From Planctomycetota bacterium (GTDB lineage Bacteria; Planctomycetota; UBA11346): a DNA stretch of 64,000 bases. The stretch is from NCBI GenBank assembly GCA_038231435.1, contig JBBRLJ010000009.1:59683-123682 (forward strand). Reading direction: 5' to 3'. A program made the translations under genes and the position numbers. The notes beneath the pieces are model-generated. The model did not search any database, was not told the origin of the DNA, and was given only the letters and a program-made list of their open reading frames with translations. Positions 52,562 to 60,200 of this stretch are shown here, in pieces (within the stretch, counting starts at the first letter, position 1; each line of letters starts with the position of its first letter).

Positions 52562-52628
52562 GGGGGGCAGGCCAGCGGCCGATGTTGGGGGGCCGTAGCC
52601 CCCCAACTGAAAGCCCCCCAACTGAAAG
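52562..52628 (-). repeat. REP-like copy upstream of folE
   Basis: GATGTTGGGGGGCCGTAGCCCCCCAACTGAAAGCCCCCCAACTGAAAG on the plus strand. Confidence 0.8.
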
Positions 52629-52679
52629 CTGTACAAGGTTGCATCCCTACGCCTGATTCCATGAACGACTCGACCTAAG

Positions 52680-53093
52680 GTGCACGACGTGAATTTCAAT
52701 CTGCGCGAAATCCGCCTCACCGTACTCCTGGTCGAGGACAATCCTGGTGATGCGATCCTGGTGCGGACCGCGCTCGAGGATGCGTCGCTGCCGCTGGTAG
52801 AGCTCATCCACGTCAAGACGCTGCACGAGGCCATCACGCGACTCAAGCAAGGTGATATCGATCTGGTGCTGACCGATCTCGGACTTCCCGACAGCTACGG
52901 ATTCGACGCTTGCGCGAAACTCTGCAGCCACGAGGGCAAGGTCCCGGTGGTGGTGCTGTCCGGCCGCAGCGATCCGGTAATCCGCCAGGAAGGCATGCGG
53001 CTCGGGGCCAAGGACTTCTTGGACAAGAAAAAGCTCGGCAAGGAGCAGATCGTCAGCGTGCTCTGCCACGCGCCGAAGTTGCAGAACATTTAG
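52680..53093 (+). CDS. Single-domain response regulator
   Basis: 'LLVEDN', phosphoacceptor 'TDLGLPD..G', 'VVLSG', 'GAKDFL.K'. Confidence 0.9.
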   Translation: MHDVNFNLREIRLTVLLVEDNPGDAILVRTALEDASLPLVELIHVKTLHEAITRLKQGDIDLVLTDLGLPDSYGFDACAKLCSHEGKVPVVVLSGRSDPVIRQEGMRLGAKDFLDKKKLGKEQIVSVLCHAPKLQNI

Positions 53094-53487
53094 TCGGGGG
53101 CTTTGCCCCCAAACCCCCACGACCCTTTGTCGTGCCTATTTTTGGCCGGCGGCCAAAAATTTTGCGTGATGGGCTGCGCCCATTGTTCACGCAAAACGGA
53201 GCTCGGCGGTCGCTCGCGGCGGCGCCGCTCGGTAGATGATTCGGGGCTTTGCCCCCAAACCCCCACGACCCTGTGTCGCGCCTATTTTTGGCCGGCGGCC
53301 AAAAATTTTGCGTGATAGGCTGCGCCCATTGTTCACGCAAAACGGACCTCGCCGGTCGCTCTCGACGGCGCCGCTCGGCAGCGTGATTCGGGGCTTTGCC
53401 CCAGGCCCCCACGACCTGTGTCGCTCCTCTTTATTGGCCGTGACGGCCAAAAGAGTTTGCGTGATGGGATGCGCCCATTGTTCACGT
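53094..53487 (+). repeat. Tandem array of a 147-bp structured unit (two full copies plus one partial)
   Basis: Units start at 53094, 53241 and 53388; each contains several hairpins. Confidence 0.92.
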
Positions 53488-53621
53488 TAACTGTAATTCG
53501 GCGATCATTCGCGGTGGTTCGATGGACAGCCTGACTTCGGTTAGGGCTGCCGTTGAACCCATGAGAAGGTCCGGGCCTGCGTGGATTGCCCGCATGTCCT
53601 CCATGCTAGTGTGGCTCCACG

Positions 53622-54689
53622 ATGCCTCAGGCCTGGATCACCCATGTCGGCCATGCCGTGCCCGGCGAGCCGGTACCGCAGGAGGCATTCGCGCGATTCA
53701 TGGAACCGCGACTGGCACCCGGCACCAGCATCGAACGTTGGCGCAAGTTCAATGCCCGCTCTGGCGTGAGCATCCGCCATACGGTCATCGACGTGTTCGG
53801 TGGTGAGGGCGCGGCATTCTGGCCGATCGATGCCAAGGCTCCGGCCGGCATGGCGGCGCGTAGCGTCCTCTTCGATCAGCGCGCGCTGCCGCTGGCGGCC
53901 GCCGCGGTGGCGGCCGCCAATCCGGGCGATCTCTCGACGATCACCCACCTGATCGTCACCACCTGCACGGGGGCGGTTGCGCCCGGCCTCGACATCCAGC
54001 TGGTGCGGAGCCTCGGGCTGGCGGGCTCGGTGCGGCGCACCGTGATCGGCTTCATGGGTTGCTACGCGGCCATCCCGGCACTGCGCATGGCTCGTGACAT
54101 CTGCCGGGCCGACCCGGTCGCAAAAGTCCTGGTGGTGTGCTGCGAGCTGAGCTCTCTGCACCTGCAGGCCGGCCCCTCGAACGACGCTCTGTTGGCCGCC
54201 TGCCTGTTCGCCGACGGCGCGAGCGCGGCAATCATCCAAGGCGGCGACCAGCCGATCGGCATGGGCCTGCGCATCGCCGCCGATGCCAGCGCCTTGATCG
54301 CCGACAGCGGCGACCACATGACCTGGCACGCGGGCGATACCGGCTTTGTGCTCGGACTATCGCCCGCGATCACCGCTTCGCTCTCCGGAGATCTGGCGCC
54401 GCTATGCGCCCAGCTGCTGGGAGCGGATGCAGTGCCGGATTCGGCGCGCTGGATCGTGCACCCCGGTGGCCCACGCATCCTCGACGCCACCGCGAAGGCA
54501 TTGCGCCTCGGCGATCATGCCCTCGACAGCAGCCGCGCGGCGCTGGATCAGGGCGGCAACCGCAGCAGCGGCACCGTGCTGGCCATCCTCGCCGAGGAGA
54601 TCCGCCAGCCCTGGCGCGGCAACATCGGCATGCTCGCCTTCGGCCCAGGATTGACCGCAGAGGCGCTGCTGCTCGAGCGCCAGCCATGA
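53622..54689 (+). CDS. Type III polyketide synthase
   Basis: Cys-His-Asn triad: 'FMGCYAA', 'VHPGGP', 'GNRSS'; also 'TCTG', 'CELSSLH', 'LFADG', 'FGPG'. Confidence 0.95.
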   Translation: MPQAWITHVGHAVPGEPVPQEAFARFMEPRLAPGTSIERWRKFNARSGVSIRHTVIDVFGGEGAAFWPIDAKAPAGMAARSVLFDQRALPLAAAAVAAANPGDLSTITHLIVTTCTGAVAPGLDIQLVRSLGLAGSVRRTVIGFMGCYAAIPALRMARDICRADPVAKVLVVCCELSSLHLQAGPSNDALLAACLFADGASAAIIQGGDQPIGMGLRIAADASALIADSGDHMTWHAGDTGFVLGLSPAITASLSGDLAPLCAQLLGADAVPDSARWIVHPGGPRILDATAKALRLGDHALDSSRAALDQGGNRSSGTVLAILAEEIRQPWRGNIGMLAFGPGLTAEALLLERQP

Positions 54690-55471
54690 GCGATGACGGT
54701 ACCCCGGCCGTGCAGCGGGACAGAGCGAGCCTGCGTGGGCTCGACCTCGAAGCCCATCTGAACGATCCGCTGCGAAAGCAGGCCTACGTGACGACGATGT
54801 TCGACATCATCGCGCCGCGCTACGACCGCTTCACGCGCTGGTTCTCGTACGGCATGGACGCGACCTGGAAGCGCGAACTCATCGATGCTGTCGCCGTCCG
54901 CGCGCGCGCCGACGCGAGCATAGCGGATCTGGCCTGTGGCACCGGCGACCTGTGCTTCGCCCTGGCCGAACGGATTCCGGGAGCGCGCGTGGTCGGCCTC
55001 GACGCATCCGCCGAGATGATCGCGCAGGCGCGCGCCATCGCGTTGGAGCGCCGCGTGAAGGTGGACCTCGAGGTCGGCGACATGATGGCGCTTCCCTACG
55101 CCGATGGCAGCCTCGATGCGATCACCATGGGCTATGGGCTGCGCAACGTCCCGGATTTCCACGTCGCGCTGCGCGAGGCAGCGCGGGCTCTGAAGCCGGG
55201 AGGCACCCTGGCCTGCCTCGACTTCGCGCGACCGCGTTCGCGGATATGGCGTTGGGTGTTCCTCTCCTACCTCGCGGTCGTCGGTAGCCTCTATGGTTGG
55301 TGGTGGCACGGTCAGGCCGACGTTTACCGATACATCGGGCGTTCGATCGATCATTTCGTGTCCTGGCGCGAACTCTCCGCGGCGATGCGAGCCGAAGGCC
55401 TCGAGCCGGTGCTCGAGCGGCGGCGGCTTTTCGGCGGCGTGTGCCTGCACGTATGCGTCAGGTCGTCGTGA
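54686..55471 (+). CDS. UbiE/MenG-family methyltransferase
   Basis: 'YV..MFD.IAPRYD....FSYGMD..WK', 'DLACGTGD', 'GYGLRNV'; ATGA overlap with the PKS. Confidence 0.88.
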   Translation: MSDDGTPAVQRDRASLRGLDLEAHLNDPLRKQAYVTTMFDIIAPRYDRFTRWFSYGMDATWKRELIDAVAVRARADASIADLACGTGDLCFALAERIPGARVVGLDASAEMIAQARAIALERRVKVDLEVGDMMALPYADGSLDAITMGYGLRNVPDFHVALREAARALKPGGTLACLDFARPRSRIWRWVFLSYLAVVGSLYGWWWHGQADVYRYIGRSIDHFVSWRELSAAMRAEGLEPVLERRRLFGGVCLHVCVRSS

Positions 55472-55625
55472 TGTGTGGGGTGCGACGTGCGGCGTGCGGC
55501 GTGACGGCCGGTTCCAACGTCCTTGCTAACCAGTGTATTCCATCGACGTCTGCCGCCATCGCGTCACGAGGCATGGCTCACCCCGGACGCCGTTCCCGCT
55601 TATCGCCCGCATTCCCTCCCAACCG

Positions 55626-56333
55626 ATGAAGAACGATCTCGAGCTCTACGACCGCTGCGCGGCCGACTGGTGGGACGTGCACAGCAACTTCGCGGCCTCG
55701 TTGCACGCGCTCAACCGGGTGCGCCTCGCCGAGATCCGCGATCGCGTGGGCTACGGATTCCGTGGCGTTGTTGCCGATCTCGGCTGTGGCGGTGGGTTGT
55801 TGTCCGAGCCGCTGGCACGGGATGGGGCGACCGTCATCGGCGTCGACATCAGCCGCCAGAGCCTCAAGGCGGCCTCTGAGCATGGCGACGATTGCCCACG
55901 TCTGCATTATGCGCGGGGGGACGCGCGCGACGCTCCGCTCGCCGATGGCTGCGCCGATCTAGTGATCTGCGCCGACGTCATCGAGCACGTCGCCGACTGG
56001 CCGCGCGTGCTGTCATGCGCTGCGCGTCTCGCTCGCCCAGGTGGGCTGTTCTACGTCAACACCATCTCACGCACCTGGCGCGCTCGGGCGGTCGCCATCT
56101 GGCTCGGCGAAGGCCTCGGCTTCGTGCCGCGAGGCACCCACGACCACCGCCTGTTCGTGCGCCCCGACGAACTGGCGCGCGAAGCGAAGCGCAGCGGATG
56201 GCACTTCGAATGTGCCCTCGGCCAACGCATCCGCCCCTTGCGCACGCTGCTCTCCTGGCGCCTGTCGGTCGCCCCATCGCGCGGCACCTGGGCCACCTAC
56301 AGCGCCTGGATGACTCTCGGGCAAGGGCCATAG
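55626..56333 (+). CDS. UbiG/Coq3-like O-methyltransferase
   Basis: 'WWD....SLH.LN.VRL', 'DLGCGGGLLSE.LA', 'DVIEHV', 'TISRT', 'P.GTHD...F..P.EL'. Confidence 0.88.
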   Translation: MKNDLELYDRCAADWWDVHSNFAASLHALNRVRLAEIRDRVGYGFRGVVADLGCGGGLLSEPLARDGATVIGVDISRQSLKAASEHGDDCPRLHYARGDARDAPLADGCADLVICADVIEHVADWPRVLSCAARLARPGGLFYVNTISRTWRARAVAIWLGEGLGFVPRGTHDHRLFVRPDELAREAKRSGWHFECALGQRIRPLRTLLSWRLSVAPSRGTWATYSAWMTLGQGP

Positions 56334-56340
56334 CGGACGC

Positions 56341-57540
56341 GTGGGCAGCGCGCGCCGGTATGACCTGGTGATCGTCGGCGGAGGACCCGCTGGAGCCTTG
56401 ACCGCCCTGCTCACGCGCCGAGCGCGACCGGATCTCGAGGTGCTCGTTCTGGAAGCTGCCGCGGCGCCCGAGCACCGGCCGTGCGGAGAATTCCTCGGCC
56501 CGGATGGCGTGCGCATCCTCGCCCGGGCGGGACTCGAAGCGGCCGTCGAGGCGGCTGGCGCCAAGCGGCTCTCGGGACTCAGTCTCCACGCTCCGCGCGG
56601 CGTCCTCGGTTCCGCGTTCGCGCCGGTGGCTGGCCTGTGTCCACCCAGCGATCATGCGCTGGGCGTGCGGCGCGAGCGTTTCGACCGCTGCCTGCAGGAC
56701 GCCGCCTCAGAATCCGGAGCCGAACTGCGCCGCGGCGCCCGCGTCGACGATCTATCGCGCGATGGCGATGGCTGGATGCTGTCGACTCGCGACGGCGCGC
56801 GCATCACCACGGGCATGCTGGTCGGAGCCGATGGCCGGCGGAGCCAGGTGCGCCATCGAGCCGGTCTCGATCTTCCAGTTCGGCGCAAACGCTTCGCGCT
56901 GGTATGCCGCGCCAGCGGCATCCTGCCCCGCCATCCTGATCGTGTGCATCCAGGCGATCCGATGGGCGAACACGGCGAGATGCATCTGGGCCCCCTCGGA
57001 CAGATCGGTCTCGCGCCGCTCGGCGATGGCGAGGTCAACCTCAACCTGCTGCTCGCAGAGACCAGCCGTCCGCTGTTGCGCGATCGCTCGCCGGGACATG
57101 TCCTGCGTGCGGGACTGATGGCCACGCCGAGCCTTCGGGAACGCTGTCGGCGAGCGCACCTCGGACCGGTGATGGCCACCGGTTCCCTGCCGAGCGCGAG
57201 CCGCGCGGTGATCGCCGATGGCGTGGCATTGGCAGGGGACGCGGCGGGTTTCTGCGACCCGTTCACCGGTGACGGCATGTGCTTCGCATTGGGCGGCGCC
57301 GAGCTGCTCGCGGGATGCCTCACGCGCCTGGATCTGCGCGCGGGAATCGGTCCCAACGCGCTGGCGCCGTACGCCCGGGCATGGCGGGCGCGATTCGGCG
57401 CCAAGCGCGGCATGGCGGGCGGACTCCACCACCTGCTCTCGCGACGTCTCCTCGCCGAGACTGTCGTCGGTCTGCTCGGTTCGAGCAAGACGCTCGGCCG
57501 GTTGATGGTGGCGTTCAACGGCGATTACACTCTTCCCTGA
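56341..57540 (+). CDS. FAD-dependent oxidoreductase (monooxygenase / geranylgeranyl-reductase superfamily)
   Basis: 'GGGPAG', 'PCGE', 'GADGRRS', 'GDAAG..DPFTGDGM'. Confidence 0.85.
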   Translation: MGSARRYDLVIVGGGPAGALTALLTRRARPDLEVLVLEAAAAPEHRPCGEFLGPDGVRILARAGLEAAVEAAGAKRLSGLSLHAPRGVLGSAFAPVAGLCPPSDHALGVRRERFDRCLQDAASESGAELRRGARVDDLSRDGDGWMLSTRDGARITTGMLVGADGRRSQVRHRAGLDLPVRRKRFALVCRASGILPRHPDRVHPGDPMGEHGEMHLGPLGQIGLAPLGDGEVNLNLLLAETSRPLLRDRSPGHVLRAGLMATPSLRERCRRAHLGPVMATGSLPSASRAVIADGVALAGDAAGFCDPFTGDGMCFALGGAELLAGCLTRLDLRAGIGPNALAPYARAWRARFGAKRGMAGGLHHLLSRRLLAETVVGLLGSSKTLGRLMVAFNGDYTLP

Positions 57541-57569
57541 AGCAGGCACGGCGGATACTCGCGGCCCTC

Positions 57570-58196
57570 ATGGAAAACCCCGAAGTTCCGCTCGAGCAGG
57601 TGCAAGAGCACATCCACCATCACGCCCAGCATGGCAGCGAAGGCCGTTCGACGACCTGGATCGCCCTCTCGACGGCGATCATCGCGGCGCTGGCGGCATT
57701 GGCCTCCATGCTCGCCGGCCATACCGAGACCGAGGCGATGCACGCCAAGATGGACGCCAACGATACCTGGAGCTGGTACCAGGCCGATTCGATCAAGCAG
57801 CATGAGATGGACGGCACTGCCGTGGTGTTACGCGCCCTGGGGCACGAGCCGGATGCTAAGAACGCGGCGAAGAGCGAGGAATACGCGATAGAGAAGAAGC
57901 GCCTCAAGGCCACCGCCGAGGCGTTCGACCACGAGTCGCTGTCGTTCCTCGCCGCTCATACCCACTACGGATACGGCGTCACCATGTTCCAGATCGCCAT
58001 CGCCCTGGGCGCGATCTCGGTGCTGACCAAGCGACGCAGGTACTGGCTGATGAGCCTGGGTCTCGGCGTCGTCGGCGTGGTCTTCGGAGCCTCGGGCGTC
58101 GTGACGCAGGCCAGCATCCATGCCCCGATCGAATCGAGCGAGTCGGGTGAGGCTCCGCATGCGGCGGCGGCTGAACCGGCGCAGCCAGCGCACTGA
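57570..58196 (+). CDS. DUF4337-like membrane protein
   Basis: 'WIALSTAIIAALAA', 'D.WSWYQA.SIK', 'FQIAIALGAISVLTK'. Confidence 0.8.
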   Translation: MENPEVPLEQVQEHIHHHAQHGSEGRSTTWIALSTAIIAALAALASMLAGHTETEAMHAKMDANDTWSWYQADSIKQHEMDGTAVVLRALGHEPDAKNAAKSEEYAIEKKRLKATAEAFDHESLSFLAAHTHYGYGVTMFQIAIALGAISVLTKRRRYWLMSLGLGVVGVVFGASGVVTQASIHAPIESSESGEAPHAAAAEPAQPAH

Positions 58197-58307
58197 ATTC
58201 CCTAAGACGCAGGCACGCGTCAGCTGACAGAAACAATCGAGCCCGGGCCGATGAGGGCCCGGGCTCGACGATTTCCTACCAGTTCGGCGGCGATACCGCC
58301 GACTCGA

Positions 58308-58478
58308 TCAGGGCGCGTGGTGCTTGTGGTGATGCTTGCCGGGCTTGGCGTGCTTGTGGTGGTGCTTCGCATGGGTCGCCTTGACCGAGCCGGCCTGCGG
58401 CTCGGCGGCGGATAGGCTGGCGGTGCTGAAGAACGCGCCAACGGACAGGGCGAGGGCGATCGAAAGGATGCGGGTCAT
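58308..58478 (-). CDS. Small exported His/Lys-rich peptide (56 aa)
   Basis: Signal peptide MTRILSIALALSVGAFFSTASLSA followed by AEPQAGSVKATHAKHHHKHAKPGKHHHKHHAP. Confidence 0.7.
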   Translation of the reverse strand: MTRILSIALALSVGAFFSTASLSAAEPQAGSVKATHAKHHHKHAKPGKHHHKHHAP

Positions 58479-58580
58479 GGGGTTTCCTGGATGGGTTCGG
58501 TGCATGCTAACGTCACGCCTCGGTTCTGAAAGAGGGACGGAACACGCCGCGCCGCGCCGCGGAAGCATTCGCGTCGCTCG

Positions 58581-60200
58581 TCACGTCGCCGGGTTGGTTG
58601 CGCCCGTGATCTGCTGGGGCAAACTGCCCCGATGGGCCCCGGAATTGGCCTGTTCCAGGGTGAATCTGAAGGTCGAACCGCTGCCCGCATTCGATTCCAC
58701 CCAGATCCTACCGCCATGGTGCTGCACCACCTTACGGCAGAACGCCAAGCCGATCCCAGTACCAGGGTACTCGGCCCGGGTGTGCAGACGCTGGAAGATG
58801 CCGAATATCTTGTCGTGGTGCTCGGGTGAGATGCCGATGCCATTGTCCGCGATCGAGAATTCCCAGATCCCGTCCACTTGCCGCGCCGACACCTCGATGC
58901 GTGGGCGGTCCTTGCCGCGAAACTTGATGCCATTGGCGATGATGTTCTGAAACACCTGGCCGATGAGCACGCCATCGCCCTTGATCTTGGGAAGAGGTCT
59001 CGCGACGACCTCGGCGCCGCTCTCCTGGATGATCGACTGCAGGTTGAACATCGCCTTGTTCAGCACCTCGTCGCTGTCGACAAGGTTGGGCGCTTCGATC
59101 TTGCCGATGCGCGAGAGCGCAAGGATATCGCGGATCAGCGTCTGCATGCGACCCGAGCTGTCGATCAGGGTCGAGATGTATTGGCGTCCCTGGTCATCGA
59201 GCTTGTCGGCGTATCGCCGGGCCAGGAGCGACGAGAAGGACGACACCATGCGCAGGGGTTCCTGCAGGTCGTGCGAGGCGATGTAGGCAAACTGCTCGAG
59301 CTCGGCGTTCGTGCGCGCGAGCTCCTCTGCCTTGGTGACCAAGGTCTCCTCGGCGAGCTTGCGGTCAGTGATGTCCTCGACGAGTCCGTCGATGACCCGG
59401 TCCTTGCCTGGCTCGAGATTGAGGGTCTTGGACAGGCGTACCCATATGATCCTTCCATCCTTGCGGCGCATCTTGACCACATGCTCCTGGGTCTGGCCAT
59501 GGATGATCAGCTTGGAAATGACTTCGTCTCGCTCGTGCGGATTCACGTAGAGCTCGCGCATGCCCACGCTGTGCGGATCGACCGTCGGATCGATGCCCAG
59601 CAGGCGGAAGAAGGCGGGATTGGCCTCGATCAGCAAACCATCATAGGACGAACGGAATATGCCGACATTCAGCCGATTGAGCAGCGCATGCAGGCGGCTT
59701 TCCAGCTGCGCGGCCCGGTGTTCGGCCGCAACGCGCAGCAGATCGCCCTGCCGCTTCACCTGCTGGGTCTTCTTGAACAGATCGATGAACACCGAGACCT
59801 TGGCGCGCAGCACCTCGGACACTACTGGCGCGAAGATGTAGTCGACCGCTCCCAACAAATAGCCGCGGCTGGCATGGGTCTCGGTCGCATTGATCGCACT
59901 GACAAAGATGATCGGGGTATGCTCGCTGTTCTTGCGCTGACGGATCAGCGATGCAGTTTCGAATCCATCCATCACCGGCATGCTGACATCGAGCAGGATC
60001 ACCGCGAATTCATCGCGCAGCAGGAGGCGGAGCGCCTCCTTGCCCGAGGTCGCGGTGACGATGTTCTGGCCGAGCTCGCCCAAGACGGATTCCAGCGCCA
60101 TGATCTTATCGGGTCGATCGTCGACGATGAGGATGTTCACCCTCTCGTCGGCGGTATTCCCCCCAGGCGGATCCTGCTTCGGCTGCCCCTTGATCGACAT
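58581..60200 (-). CDS. Hybrid histidine kinase REC-PAS-HisKA-HATPase
   Basis: 'ILIVDD', 'LDVSMP.MDG', PAS/PAC, 'SHDLQEPLR', 'DNGIGI', 'GTGIGLA'. Confidence 0.93.
   Translation of the reverse strand: MSIKGQPKQDPPGGNTADERVNILIVDDRPDKIMALESVLGELGQNIVTATSGKEALRLLLRDEFAVILLDVSMPVMDGFETASLIRQRKNSEHTPIIFVSAINATETHASRGYLLGAVDYIFAPVVSEVLRAKVSVFIDLFKKTQQVKRQGDLLRVAAEHRAAQLESRLHALLNRLNVGIFRSSYDGLLIEANPAFFRLLGIDPTVDPHSVGMRELYVNPHERDEVISKLIIHGQTQEHVVKMRRKDGRIIWVRLSKTLNLEPGKDRVIDGLVEDITDRKLAEETLVTKAEELARTNAELEQFAYIASHDLQEPLRMVSSFSSLLARRYADKLDDQGRQYISTLIDSSGRMQTLIRDILALSRIGKIEAPNLVDSDEVLNKAMFNLQSIIQESGAEVVARPLPKIKGDGVLIGQVFQNIIANGIKFRGKDRPRIEVSARQVDGIWEFSIADNGIGISPEHHDKIFGIFQRLHTRAEYPGTGIGLAFCRKVVQHHGGRIWVESNAGSGSTFRFTLEQANSGAHRGSLPQQITGATNPAT

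Noticed and set aside
53094..53487. Possible CRISPR array
   Set aside because: Whole 147-bp units repeat with no unique spacers, and there are no cas genes in the window.
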